Assembly: GCA_016868875.1 (NCBI GenBank)
Contig: VGFN01000001.1
Location: forward strand, 3,150-67,149
DNA length: 64,000 nt
Reading direction: 5' to 3'
From: Bacteroidota bacterium
GTDB taxonomy: Bacteria > Bacteroidota > Bacteroidia > UBA7662
The notes under the pieces were generated by a model. The model did no database searches, was not told the DNA's origin, and saw only the letters and a list, made by a program, of their open reading frames with translations. A program made the position numbers and the translations under genes. Positions 1 through 9,563 of this stretch are shown in pieces (positions within the stretch are counted from its first letter, which is position 1; each line of letters opens with the position of its first letter).

Positions 1-746
1 TTAACCACCAAGCTTTGACCATCTCTTTGGACAAACTCCAGGCCTTCTTGAATGCGAATTCCCAGATTTCGAGCATAGCGTAGGAGGGACTCTCTAAGGA
101 GAAAAGGGTTGACCTGACCTTCCCATGCCATGGGAATCTGCCCCATGGCCTCAGGGCCCCAGGGAGATGAATGGGCTGTATTTCCCCTGGTGAATGGTTG
201 CCATTCTCCGAAATAAGGGGTTGGCAATGGCTTGTGGCGCATCGTGCTTTTTTGGCGACGTTTGGGAGTGAATGGAAGGGCACGGGCCGCAGCAGATTCG
301 AGAACAGTGTTCAAGGAGGGTAAACCCGTGATGACGGCTTCATGCGATGGAACCGCATGGGAATAGGGCGATTTCTCCATCGCCATGACCTCATAACCCC
401 GCACATTGCGAAGCCCAATTGCATTTCCACCCAATAAATACAGGGTTCTTTGAATGCCGGCCCATTTAGCCGCAAGGAGATCGACGAGAGAGTCCTCACC
501 AAGATTTTCGTAATCCGCCAAGAGTTCAGATGGTGAACCTAGGCACAAGAAGCCTGCATTGCGGGTACTGGCTACGGCACCCAGGGAACGGGCCTCCAAG
601 ACCATGACTTTCATTCGAGAATTTCGCCTTTTGATTTCGATGGCGGCATGCAAGCCCGTCACACCTGCGCCAACAACCACAAAATCCCAGGCTTCGGAGA
701 GGGCGCTTTTTTCCCAATACGATAATTCGATTTGGCCTGATTGCAT
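1..746 (-). CDS. FAD-dependent oxidoreductase (DAO/glycine-oxidase-like family), N-terminal ~248 aa; 3' end runs off the window start
   Basis: Minus-strand frame is open from the ATG at 744-746 to position 1 with no stop, which is why it is absent from the ORF track. Translation begins MQSGQIELSYWEKSALSEAWDFVVVGAGVTGLHAAIEI... with a Rossmann GxGxxG dinucleotide-binding motif and an ASTRNAGFL motif typical of DAO-family flavoenzymes. The track ORFs 526..717(-) and 559..819(+) are alternative frames of the same DNA. Confidence 0.6.
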   Translation of the reverse strand, partial: MQSGQIELSYWEKSALSEAWDFVVVGAGVTGLHAAIEIKRRNSRMKVMVLEARSLGAVASTRNAGFLCLGSPSELLADYENLGEDSLVDLLAAKWAGIQRTLYLLGGNAIGLRNVRGYEVMAMEKSPYSHAVPSHEAVITGLPSLNTVLESAAARALPFTPKRRQKSTMRHKPLPTPYFGEWQPFTRGNTAHSSPWGPEAMGQIPMAWEGQVNPFLLRESLLRYARNLGIRIQEGLEFVQRDGQSLVV

Positions 747-869
747 AGGGGTCAAAAAAAATACCAAAATAGAATATCTGGGCAGAAGGGCGATATGGCC
801 TTTTTATTATTATACATAATATTAATTATGTAACTAATTCAGGTTTTATCAAGCAAACTGACAACGGCA

Positions 870-877
870 TATTTTTG
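870..877 (+). promoter_or_regulatory. Bacteroidetes-type -7 promoter element (TAnnTTTG) for the membrane protein gene
   Basis: TATTTTTG sits 20 bp upstream of the ATG at 897, in an AT-rich divergent intergenic region. Confidence 0.35.
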
Positions 878-896
878 TATTTTGTAAAAAATACCT

Positions 897-1976
897 ATGA
901 GCTTAGACGGTGATGATTTCTCATCGGAAAATGAAAATGCATTCTCATCGGGGAATCGCAACAGAAAATCGAGGAGATATTCCAAGGATCGTGCAAGACG
1001 TTCCGCCCTGATTGCCGATGAAGCGGATTCGCTGACCAAGAGCAGCGATACCAGATTACGTGTGGACGAGGATCGTGAAAGAATGATAATTAACCCCGGC
1101 AAAAGCCTCAAAAGTTCGGCCAAAGATTTACCGAAATATTACCGAAGCATCTTTTTGTATTCCTGGGGATTTTTTATACTGGCTTACGCCATGGTCTATT
1201 TACCCGGCAAAATCGCTTCGGCATTTCTGGCATCCTTGTCTTCGCGCGGCCCCGTCATTTACCACCATAAAATTCTTTTCACCAATGTCGTGGGTTGGGA
1301 ACGCGGCGATGCCCTTTCGATATTCACAGCGCCATTGGTAGTAGATTTCCTTCAGAGTGTGTTGTACACCACAGTCTTTTTGGCACTTAAACGAATCGAA
1401 GGCTATTGGAAAATTTTGGCCTTTTGGTTCATGTTTCATAGCAGCCTGCGTCTGACCGGCTGCGTGCTTCCGGGGATAGTTTCAGGGGAAGAATTCGGCT
1501 ATGTCGCAGGCTGGTTGTACATGAATTCCGCGGTTTTGTTTATTCTCCTTTTCTTATCCATCCTCGCCATGCTTGGTTTATCGGCCTTGCTAAGCAAATG
1601 GGCTATGGAATGTGCCTTCTCCAAGCATATGGTCATGAAGAAAAAGCGTCAAGAGTATCTATTCTTTTACCTGGGCCTTCCTGCCCTTAGCGGAATTTTG
1701 CTCATCGCCTTATTTCATGGGGTGGATTGGTCCGCCCTGTCCATTGGTCAATTCAAAGTCAATGATTGGTGGGCCTCAGCCCATGAATTGACGTTGCTTG
1801 GGCAAGCCTTGCTGATGTACGGGGCTGCAGCAGCTTTCGTTTTGTGGTACAAAGAACAGGAAATCATGTGCCAAAGGGATTTAAGAATGCAGAAAATCAA
1901 CCCTTTGGTGATGGGCTTATCGATACTCCTTCCTTTGTTTGGCCGAATCGTACTCGGTGAAGGTTGGTTTTGGTAA
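897..1976 (+). CDS. polytopic membrane protein of unknown function with a ~90-aa charged, low-complexity N-terminal tail
   Basis: 359-aa ORF. The N-terminus is rich in S/R/D/E/K, followed by at least seven hydrophobic helices. No motif I can assign with confidence; CPBP-like EExxxR/FxxxH motifs are not clearly present. A Bacteroidetes-type -7 box TATTTTTG sits at 870-877 upstream. Confidence 0.5.
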   Translation: MSLDGDDFSSENENAFSSGNRNRKSRRYSKDRARRSALIADEADSLTKSSDTRLRVDEDRERMIINPGKSLKSSAKDLPKYYRSIFLYSWGFFILAYAMVYLPGKIASAFLASLSSRGPVIYHHKILFTNVVGWERGDALSIFTAPLVVDFLQSVLYTTVFLALKRIEGYWKILAFWFMFHSSLRLTGCVLPGIVSGEEFGYVAGWLYMNSAVLFILLFLSILAMLGLSALLSKWAMECAFSKHMVMKKKRQEYLFFYLGLPALSGILLIALFHGVDWSALSIGQFKVNDWWASAHELTLLGQALLMYGAAAAFVLWYKEQEIMCQRDLRMQKINPLVMGLSILLPLFGRIVLGEGWFW

Positions 1977-2003
1977 TTGGAATGCTTTTGTAGGGACGAG
2001 CCT

Positions 2004-2672
2004 CTAGGGGTATCGTGCATTCAAGTAGCTCACAAGCTGCTCGGTAACGTCCACCAAACTGTCCCCGTAGAGGAGGCCTGATCCAACCTGACGAGCCATC
2101 AGGAAGCGATAGCCTCTGGCTTTGCTGAAGAGTTCAAATTCTTTGTCCAAAAGTCCTCTTAATTCTTGGTCTACACTGCTTTCAGATTTAGAAAGTTCTT
2201 GCATGATCCCCTCCCTCATTTGGACTAGATTTTGTTCTTTGCGGGCCAACATTTGTTCTGTACTGGCACGTTGGCTCTCCCCCATGGCGGCCGCGTTGCG
2301 GTTAAAATCCTCAAGCTCTTTGCGAAAGCGGGTGGCCTCTGCTTCAAACTCTTTCTCTGCTTTCTGAAGTCGGGCTTGCAGTGCATTTCGTTTCCGTACC
2401 ATTAACTTAAATCTGACGGCAATTTCTTCAGATTGAACAAAGGCAATACCCCCGTTACGGTTTACTAAGGAATCAAATACAAGACCTTCTTTGGTGGGGA
2501 TAGGACTCATTGTATTGGCCGTAGAATCGTTATTACCAAGTTTTTGATTCTTCTCTGTTGAATTCTTTCCGAGATCTGCCTTTTTATTCTTATCAGAAGA
2601 CATAGTCAAGACCGCCAAAATCAATCCTACAAACAAAGCAATGACTCCAAAAAATTTTAAGATGCTATTCAT
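2004..2672 (-). CDS. OmpH/Skp family periplasmic chaperone
   Basis: 222 aa with an N-terminal signal/anchor (MNSILKFFGVIALFVGLILAVL), a long charged coiled-coil region (ARLQKAEKEFEAEATRFRKELEDF...) and Skp-like size and composition. Confidence 0.65.
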   Translation of the reverse strand: MNSILKFFGVIALFVGLILAVLTMSSDKNKKADLGKNSTEKNQKLGNNDSTANTMSPIPTKEGLVFDSLVNRNGGIAFVQSEEIAVRFKLMVRKRNALQARLQKAEKEFEAEATRFRKELEDFNRNAAAMGESQRASTEQMLARKEQNLVQMREGIMQELSKSESSVDQELRGLLDKEFELFSKARGYRFLMARQVGSGLLYGDSLVDVTEQLVSYLNARYP

Positions 2673-2698
2673 ATTTGAGATATAAAAATTGAAAGGTA

Positions 2699-4246
2699 CT
2701 AAAGTGGTATGTTGCCATGCTTGCGTGGCGATGGAACAAAGGCCTTGGATTGCAGATGAGCAAAGGCTCTCAGGATGCGCTTGCGGCTTTCTGAAGGGAG
2801 AATTACCTCGTCTATGAAACCGCGAGATGCGGCAATGTAGGGACTTGCGAACTTTTCGGTATACTCGTTAACCTTATGATTCAAAGTTGATTCAGGGTCA
2901 TTGCTTGAAGCAATTTCTCCTTTGAATATGATCTCGGCAGCCCCTTTGGGACCCATGACCGCTATTTCCGCGCAGGGCCACGCAAAATTGAAATCAGCCC
3001 CGATATGCTTGGAATTCATGACATCGTAGGCTCCGCCGTAGGCTTTCCGGGTAATGAGAGTAACGCGGGGTACCGTGGCCTCGGCGAAGGCGTAGAGCAA
3101 TTTGGCCCCGTTGGTGATGATGCCGTTCCATTCTTGTTCGGTACCCGGCAAGAAGCCCGGCACATCCACCAGCACCAGCAACGGTATTCGAAAGGCATCA
3201 CAGAACCGAACAAAGCGGGCCGCTTTCTTGGATGCATTGTTATCCAGCACACCCGCCAACACCATGGGCTGATTGGCCACCACCCCCACCGTTTGACCAC
3301 TCATTCGTCCGAAGCCGACCAGGATATTTTCGGCAAACTCAGGTTGGACCTCCATCCAGGAATCGTTGTCCAAGAGGCCCTGTACCACCAGCTGCATATC
3401 GTAAGGAGTATTGGAAGAATCCGGGACCACCTGCTCCAAGACCGGGCGTAAATCGTCGGGGCCGGGGTCTGACCAGCCATGACCACTGCGTGGAGGCTCC
3501 GCGCAATTCGGTGGCAAATAGGCCATCAGCTGCCTCACGGCCATTAGGCATTCCCCTTCGTTGGGGTAGGTGAAATGGGCGATTCCCGAACGCGTTGCAT
3601 GGGTATGTGCTCCCCCCAAATCCTCGGAACTCACCTCTTCATGGGTTACCGTCTTGACCACATTGGGACCGGTCACAAACATGTACGAAGTCTTCTCCAC
3701 CATGAAAATCCAATCCGTCATTGCGGGCGAATACACAGCTCCCCCGGCGCAGGGCCCCATGATCACCGAGATCTGAGGTATCAAGCCGGAAGCCTTCACA
3801 TTGCGGTAAAAAATATCCGCGTAACCTGCCAAGGAGGTTACTCCTTCTTGGATACGAGCTCCCCCGGAATCGTTAAGCCCAATTAATGGAACCCCAATTC
3901 GAAGGGCCAGATCCATAAGCTTCACGATTTTTTCGGCATGGGTCTCCGACAGCGAGCCCCCCAACACGGTAAAATCTTGAGAAAAAACAGCGACCGTCAT
4001 GCCATTGATTTTTCCCAAACCCGTAACTACCCCATCGCCCAAAATCAAGTCTTTGTCCAAACCAAAATCGGTACAACGATGGGTGACCATCGAGCCCATT
4101 TCCTCAAAGCTGCCGGCATCCAACAGGATTTCAAGCCTCTCTCTGGCGCTGAGTTTGCCTTTACGATGCTGGGCCTCCAAGCGAGCAGGCCCTCCCCCCT
4201 CCAACGAAGCCTTCTGGCGTTCGCGATATTGTTCCAAACCTTTCAT
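2699..4246 (-). CDS. acyl-CoA carboxylase carboxyltransferase subunit (propionyl-CoA carboxylase beta chain / methylmalonyl-CoA decarboxylase alpha family)
   Basis: 515 aa. Starts [48 protein letters not shown], and contains [30 protein letters not shown] and [17 protein letters not shown]; these are canonical carboxyltransferase N- and C-domain motifs. Confidence 0.9.
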   Translation of the reverse strand: MKGLEQYRERQKASLEGGGPARLEAQHRKGKLSARERLEILLDAGSFEEMGSMVTHRCTDFGLDKDLILGDGVVTGLGKINGMTVAVFSQDFTVLGGSLSETHAEKIVKLMDLALRIGVPLIGLNDSGGARIQEGVTSLAGYADIFYRNVKASGLIPQISVIMGPCAGGAVYSPAMTDWIFMVEKTSYMFVTGPNVVKTVTHEEVSSEDLGGAHTHATRSGIAHFTYPNEGECLMAVRQLMAYLPPNCAEPPRSGHGWSDPGPDDLRPVLEQVVPDSSNTPYDMQLVVQGLLDNDSWMEVQPEFAENILVGFGRMSGQTVGVVANQPMVLAGVLDNNASKKAARFVRFCDAFRIPLLVLVDVPGFLPGTEQEWNGIITNGAKLLYAFAEATVPRVTLITRKAYGGAYDVMNSKHIGADFNFAWPCAEIAVMGPKGAAEIIFKGEIASSNDPESTLNHKVNEYTEKFASPYIAASRGFIDEVILPSESRKRILRAFAHLQSKAFVPSPRKHGNIPL

Positions 4247-4319
4247 TGTCGGCGTTTGTTCATGGGTTACCGCGTAAAGGTAAGCATCAAGCTATTTTTG
4301 CCCAATTCAATACTCAACC

Positions 4320-6005
4320 ATGAGCCTCATCGAAACCCACCGCCCCCTCTTACAAGAAGCCGCCGCTGCCTTGCACGACCGTCGATATTACAGTCCCTTC
4401 CCGGAAAATCCCAAGGCCTACCCCACCGAAGCGGGCGCCCAGGGTGAAGCCTCCTTTCATGCCTCCCTGAACAAAGACTTTGATCGACTTTTGCAGGATC
4501 AACCGTTGCGCTTCGAAGGCGAAGAAGTATCGCCCTACCTGCAGAGCGGCTTGGGCATTCGCTATCCTGTGTTCGCCGATAAAACCCTGGTGGCCAAAGC
4601 CCAAAAAGCAAGAACCTCTTGGGTTCAAGCCGGACCGGAGCTGCGTTGCGCCATCTTGGTTGAGAGCTTGATGCGATTGCGGGATCACTTTGTGGAAATC
4701 GCCCATGCGACCATGCATACTACCGGGCAATCCTACATGATGTCCTTTCAGGCCTCCGGTCCCCATGCCGCCGACCGCGCTCTAGAATGCGTGGCCATGG
4801 CCTGGCAGGAACAAACCCGCTACGCTAAGCAGGCTGCATGGGTCAAAAGCATGGGTAAAGTCTCGGTGGAATTGCACAAAACCTGGAAACCCATGGGCAA
4901 AGGGGTGGCCTTGGTGGTGGGTTGCTCCACCTTCCCGACCTGGAACAGCCTACCCGGCATCTACGCCAGCTTGGCCGTAGGGAATCCGGTTTTGGTCAAA
5001 CCGCACCCCAAAGCTGTCTACCCCATCGCCATTGTCACCGCTATCATTCAAACAGTGTTACAAGAAAACGGATTCAGCCCCGAGCTCTGCCAATTGGCCT
5101 GCGATAGCACCGCCCATCCCCTCACCAAAGAGCTGGCAACCCACCCGGAAGTCCGCACCATTGATTATACCGGTAACAGTGAATTCGGGCAATGGCTCGA
5201 AGCCCAAAGCCTTTTTGGGAAAACCATTTTCACCGAAAAAGCAGGGGTCAACGCGGTGCTTGTTCATTCGGCCCCGGACCTCAAAGCGGTTTGGGATAAT
5301 TTGGCTTTCTCGGTTTCGTTGTACGCGGGGCAAATGTGCACCGCCCCCCAAAATATTTTCCTGCCCACCCAAGGAATCACCGATGCCAGCGGCCAACACC
5401 ACAGCTACCAGGACTTGGTGGACGGCCTCAGCCAGGCCCTTTGCAAGATCAAGGACCACCCCCAGATGGGTCCCGGGGTTTTGGCGACGGTCCAAAATTC
5501 AAGGACCCTTGAACGAATCCGCAGCGTTCAAGAGCAGGCCGGCGATGCCGTTTTGTTGGCCTCTGAACCCATTGCCCACGAGGCCTTCCCCGATGCCCTA
5601 TCCTGTTCGCCCTTGCTTATTGAGGCCTCCGCCGACCGTAAGGATTGGTTTGGTGCGGAACAATTTGGACCCATCGCCTTTGTGATTCCTTATACCGACG
5701 TTGACCAAGCCATGAATTTGATGTTGGAACAAATTCAACAACACGGCGCGCTGAGCTGTGGCTTGTACTGTACCGATGCGGACCTGGCCGACCGCTTGGC
5801 CGACCGCCTGGCGGTAGCCTTTGTGCCGGTTTCGTTGAACCTGACCGGTCCAATTTACTTGAACCAGCATGCGGCTTTTTCGGATTTCCACGGGACAGGT
5901 GGCAATGCCGCCGGGACCGCTTCCTTTTGTGATGCCAATTTTATTAACCAACGCATGGTATGGGTGGGTCGCCGCGATATGGTAGCCGTACACCCCAACG
6001 CCTAA
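4320..6005 (+). CDS. paaN: aldehyde dehydrogenase superfamily protein, PaaN-like (phenylacetic acid degradation ring-opening aldehyde dehydrogenase)
   Basis: At 561 aa it is unusually long for an ALDH, as PaaN is. ALDH catalytic region GQMCTAPQNIF with a Cys nucleophile, Rossmann segment LVVGCSTFPTWNS...GNPVLVKPHP, and a PaaE-like reductase gene 5 bp downstream. Confidence 0.65.
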   Translation: MSLIETHRPLLQEAAAALHDRRYYSPFPENPKAYPTEAGAQGEASFHASLNKDFDRLLQDQPLRFEGEEVSPYLQSGLGIRYPVFADKTLVAKAQKARTSWVQAGPELRCAILVESLMRLRDHFVEIAHATMHTTGQSYMMSFQASGPHAADRALECVAMAWQEQTRYAKQAAWVKSMGKVSVELHKTWKPMGKGVALVVGCSTFPTWNSLPGIYASLAVGNPVLVKPHPKAVYPIAIVTAIIQTVLQENGFSPELCQLACDSTAHPLTKELATHPEVRTIDYTGNSEFGQWLEAQSLFGKTIFTEKAGVNAVLVHSAPDLKAVWDNLAFSVSLYAGQMCTAPQNIFLPTQGITDASGQHHSYQDLVDGLSQALCKIKDHPQMGPGVLATVQNSRTLERIRSVQEQAGDAVLLASEPIAHEAFPDALSCSPLLIEASADRKDWFGAEQFGPIAFVIPYTDVDQAMNLMLEQIQQHGALSCGLYCTDADLADRLADRLAVAFVPVSLNLTGPIYLNQHAAFSDFHGTGGNAAGTASFCDANFINQRMVWVGRRDMVAVHPNA

Positions 6006-6009
6006 TCTC

Positions 6010-7083
6010 ATGAACCAACCTCTTTCGCTTACCGTTGATCAACTTGTTCAGGAAACCCCGGATGCCCTCCTGATTTATTTTCGAACGGATCAAATCCAAA
6101 CCTTTGTCCCCGGGCAGTTCCTAACCCTGATGGTGAACATCCAAGGCACCACCCATCGACGCTCGTATTCGATCTTCACCGATCCAGCACAGCTTCCCCA
6201 AATCGGGGTCTGCGTCAAGCGTTTGCCCGGTGGTTTGGTCTCCAATCATTTGCTGGACCACCTCAAGGAAGGGGATCGCATGGATGTTTTGCCTCCCTAC
6301 GGGAATTTTGCCCTAGACCCTGCCTTGCCCACCCTGCCTTCGTTGGTCTTGGTTGGCGCTGGTTCGGGAATCACCCCCTTGTTTTCGATGTTATCCGCGG
6401 CTTTGCGGCATCCTTCGGCTCCCCTTGTTCAACTAATCTACGGTAGCCGCAGTGCGAGTGAAGTGATCTTTGGCGAGGCCTTGAACCGACTTCAGGATGA
6501 ATACCCCCAGCGCCTTCAGGTGTTGCATTGTTTGAGCCGTAGTCTGGAAGGTCAAGAATCGCTCAAAGGCTTGCACCACCACGGTCGCATCGATACCTCG
6601 GTCTTTGCCCAACACATCTCCAACCGGGAGGCCTCCTTTTACCTCTGCGGTCCCGAAGGCTTGGTGCACGATACCGAGTATTGGCTCCAAACCCAAGGCA
6701 TTGCGGGCCAACGCATTCACAAAGAACTCTTTTTTCAATCCAGCCCCAAGGCGGCCGTTCCTCCACCAACACCTAGTTCGGTGGACGACGATCCGGGTGC
6801 CCTCCCCGTTGTCACCATCAAAGTGGACGGTAAGGTCTACGAATTTGCTGTGGAACCGGGCCGCTATATTTTGGAAACCGCGCTGGAACAAGGGATTGAT
6901 TTGCCTTACGCCTGCACCATGGGGGTTTGCGGCATGTGCCGTGCCAAAAAAATATCCGGCGAAATGGCGATCGGCGATCAGGAAGCTATCAGCGCTTCCG
7001 AAATCGCTTCCGGAGCCTGCCTCACCTGCGTTGGTCGCCCTCTCTCCAACCGCCTGGTCATCGACTACGATGTCCCGAACTAA
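6010..7083 (+). CDS. paaE: ferredoxin-NAD(P) reductase-like oxidoreductase with C-terminal plant-type 2Fe-2S ferredoxin domain (PaaE/PaaK-like)
   Basis: FNR-type FAD motif RRSYSI, NAD(P)-binding GAGSGITP, and a C-terminal CTMGVCGMC...C cluster ligand pattern. This is the same domain order as PaaE. Confidence 0.7.
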   Translation: MNQPLSLTVDQLVQETPDALLIYFRTDQIQTFVPGQFLTLMVNIQGTTHRRSYSIFTDPAQLPQIGVCVKRLPGGLVSNHLLDHLKEGDRMDVLPPYGNFALDPALPTLPSLVLVGAGSGITPLFSMLSAALRHPSAPLVQLIYGSRSASEVIFGEALNRLQDEYPQRLQVLHCLSRSLEGQESLKGLHHHGRIDTSVFAQHISNREASFYLCGPEGLVHDTEYWLQTQGIAGQRIHKELFFQSSPKAAVPPPTPSSVDDDPGALPVVTIKVDGKVYEFAVEPGRYILETALEQGIDLPYACTMGVCGMCRAKKISGEMAIGDQEAISASEIASGACLTCVGRPLSNRLVIDYDVPN

Positions 7084-7104
7084 GAAAATTTTGGGCTGGC
7101 CCCT

Positions 7105-8337
7105 CTACGACAACCGCGACTCAAAGTCCTGGTAGCCAAAGCGCCGCACCAAATCAAACCGGCCTTCGCTGCGCCATATCCCGATGGAGGGAAGTTCCAT
7201 CCCGTTGAAAGTATGGGTTTTGACCATGGTGTAATGCATCATGTCCAGGAAGATGAGGTCATCCCCGGCTTGGAGAGGCCGCTGGAATCCATAATTACCC
7301 ACCTGGTCGCCGGCCAAACAGGACTGCCCACCCAATCGGTAGAGGTGTGGATGCGTGGCCGTTGCCTGCATCTCCGCCCCTAGGATGCGGGGCTGGTAAG
7401 GCATTTCGAGGACATCGGGTAAATGCGCCGTGATGCTGCTATCCAGGATGGCCACAGGCAAGGCCTCGGTTTCCATGATATCCAGGACCAGGGAGTGGAA
7501 ATACCCCGTCTCCCAAACCAAAGCCGAACCCGGTTCCATGATCAGTTCAAGATGCGGAAATTGAGCCTTGAAGCCCGCGATGGCCTCGGCGGCTTGCTTC
7601 AAATCGTAATCCTCTCGACTCATCAAATGTCCTCCACCCAGGTTCATGGAGCGAACGCGTTGGAGCCATGGGCCAAAATCACGGGCCAGAATCGCCAGGG
7701 TTTGGGCCAAGGCGTCCGCCCCGCTTTCGCAAAGGTTATGGCAATGCAAAAAATCCGGTTCCAAACCGGCCTGCACCAGGGACGGGTACCCGCGCTCCAA
7801 GTCTTGAAGACGGGTTCCCAAACGAGAACCTGCGGCACAAGGGTTGTACAAGTCGGTACTGACCGGCGAATAGCCCGGGTTGATGCGCAATCCCAAGTGA
7901 ATATCCGGTCGATGTTTTCGAAAATTCGGCCCGTGTTGCAAAAGTTGCGAAACCGAATTCAAGGAAACGTGGTCCGCCATGCCGGCGATTTCCTCCACTT
8001 GACCCGGAGGATAGGCCGGCATAAAGATGTGTTGAGAACTCCCAAAACGGGTCGCCCCCAGGCGGAGTTCATGCAAAGACGAGGCCGTGGTTCCGTGCAC
8101 CGCCTCTCGCATGGTATCAAATACCGAAAACATCGCAAAACCCTTGAGGGCCAGGATAAACTGCACCGGTACCCTACGTTGCAATTCGGTGTAGAAGGCC
8201 ATATTGGCACGCAATCGGTCTTCGTCCATCACAAAGCTTGGTGATGGAATTTGATTCCAAGCCAAGCGACCCGGGTCGTACGATTCCCGCAAGGCCCTCA
8301 AGGCCTCCAGATCACGCATGGGATTCGTAATCGTCAA
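7105..8337 (-). CDS. nspC: carboxynorspermidine/carboxyspermidine decarboxylase (PLP-dependent, fold-III)
   Basis: 410 aa. Resembles the CANSDC family (ornithine/DAP decarboxylase-like fold). Its start overlaps the upstream dehydrogenase gene by ~26 bp; this dehydrogenase+decarboxylase pair is the classic polyamine arrangement. Confidence 0.8.
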   Translation of the reverse strand: MTITNPMRDLEALRALRESYDPGRLAWNQIPSPSFVMDEDRLRANMAFYTELQRRVPVQFILALKGFAMFSVFDTMREAVHGTTASSLHELRLGATRFGSSQHIFMPAYPPGQVEEIAGMADHVSLNSVSQLLQHGPNFRKHRPDIHLGLRINPGYSPVSTDLYNPCAAGSRLGTRLQDLERGYPSLVQAGLEPDFLHCHNLCESGADALAQTLAILARDFGPWLQRVRSMNLGGGHLMSREDYDLKQAAEAIAGFKAQFPHLELIMEPGSALVWETGYFHSLVLDIMETEALPVAILDSSITAHLPDVLEMPYQPRILGAEMQATATHPHLYRLGGQSCLAGDQVGNYGFQRPLQAGDDLIFLDMMHYTMVKTHTFNGMELPSIGIWRSEGRFDLVRRFGYQDFESRLS

Positions 8338-9526
8338 AAGGCGAGGGTCCGTCGACCACTTCGTGCCAAGGAAGACCGTAAAGCCCCAAATCTTTCATAA
8401 AGGGGTCCGGATTGAATTCTTCGACGTTGAAAACGCCCTTGCCGGACCAAGTTCCTTCCATCATCATTTTGGCTCCAATCATGGCCGGTACCCCGGTGGT
8501 ATAGGAGACCGCCTGGGCACCGATTTCCCGGTAAACTTCGGCGTGATCGCAATTGTTCCAAACATAATAGTGCTTGGGCTGACCATCCTTCAACCCTCGG
8601 ATATGGCAACCTATCGAGGTCTGACCCTGGTATCCCGCACCCAACGACGAAGGCTCGGGCAAAACCGCCTTGAGAAATTCCAAGGGGACTATGGACTGAC
8701 CCTGAAACTGTATCGGAGCGATGGACGTCATCCCCACATTCTCCAAAACCCGCAAATGGGTTAGGTATTGTTGACCGAAGGTCATCCAGAAACGTGCTCT
8801 GCGCAGGGAGGGGAAATTCTTGACCAGTGACTCCAATTCCTCGTGGTAGAGGAGGTACGAATCCTTGGGGCCAACACCTGGATAATCTATGGGTTGATGA
8901 ACGCTGAGCGGTTCGGTTTCGACCCAACGTCCGTTTTCGAAGTAGCGACCCTTTTGGGTGATTTCCCGGATATTGATTTCGGGATTAAAATTGGTCGCGA
9001 AAGCTTTGCCATGGTCTCCGGCATTGCAATCCACGATGTCCAGGTAATGCAATTCGTCCAGATGATGCTTGGCGGCATAGGCGGTGAAGACCCCGGTGAC
9101 CCCAGGGTCAAAACCGCAGCCCAACAAGGCCATCAGGCCTGCCTCGGCAAAGCGATCGTGGTAGGCCCATTGCCAATGGTATTCGAATTTGGCCACGTCC
9201 TTGGGCTCGTAATTGGCCGTATCCAGGTAATGCACCCCGCATTGGAGGCAGGCCTCCATGATGGTCAGGTCTTGGTAAGGCAGGGCCACATTGATGCACA
9301 GAGTGGGCTTGAAATCCTTCATAAGGGCCACCAATTGGGGAACCACATCGGCATCCACCGCGGCGGTTGATACATGGCTTTTACCGATTTCGGCCGCAAT
9401 GCGATCGCATTTGGACCGGGTTCTGGAAGCCAGCATCAGGTCACCAAAGACTTCCGGCAAGGAGGCGCATTTGTGGGCTACCACGGCCCCTACCCCACCG
9501 GCTCCAATAATCAAGGTTCTTTTCAT
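8312..9526 (-). CDS. saccharopine dehydrogenase family protein: carboxynorspermidine/carboxyspermidine dehydrogenase (synthase)
   Basis: N-terminal Rossmann motif MKRTLIIGAGGVGAVVAHK, ~400 aa, and it sits immediately upstream of and overlapping the decarboxylase gene. Confidence 0.8.
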   Translation of the reverse strand: MKRTLIIGAGGVGAVVAHKCASLPEVFGDLMLASRTRSKCDRIAAEIGKSHVSTAAVDADVVPQLVALMKDFKPTLCINVALPYQDLTIMEACLQCGVHYLDTANYEPKDVAKFEYHWQWAYHDRFAEAGLMALLGCGFDPGVTGVFTAYAAKHHLDELHYLDIVDCNAGDHGKAFATNFNPEINIREITQKGRYFENGRWVETEPLSVHQPIDYPGVGPKDSYLLYHEELESLVKNFPSLRRARFWMTFGQQYLTHLRVLENVGMTSIAPIQFQGQSIVPLEFLKAVLPEPSSLGAGYQGQTSIGCHIRGLKDGQPKHYYVWNNCDHAEVYREIGAQAVSYTTGVPAMIGAKMMMEGTWSGKGVFNVEEFNPDPFMKDLGLYGLPWHEVVDGPSPFDDYESHA

Positions 9527-9563
9527 AACAATTTATAAATTTAAGAAGCTAAGGGTTGAAAAT

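Noticed and set aside
3005-3573. Several 60-150-aa ORFs (3005..3451+, 3016..3300-, 3232..3573+, 3301..3486-, 3339..3551-) inside the carboxyltransferase gene
   Set aside because: They are alternative-frame or antisense ORFs embedded in a high-confidence conserved gene. Their Pro/Arg/Gly-rich, low-complexity translations are typical of GC-rich off-frames.
5032-5685. 217-aa Pro-rich ORF in an alternative frame of the PaaN-like gene, and the antisense ORF 5058..5495
   Set aside because: Same-strand frameshifted and antisense overlap of a gene with clear ALDH motifs in its own frame. The composition (P/S/R/K-rich) indicates a non-coding frame.
7423-8244. 273-aa ORF antisense to the carboxynorspermidine decarboxylase gene; similarly 8334..8927 and 8843..9370 antisense to the dehydrogenase gene
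   Set aside because: The sense frames carry recognisable enzyme families. The antisense translations are Arg/Gly/His-rich with no motifs.
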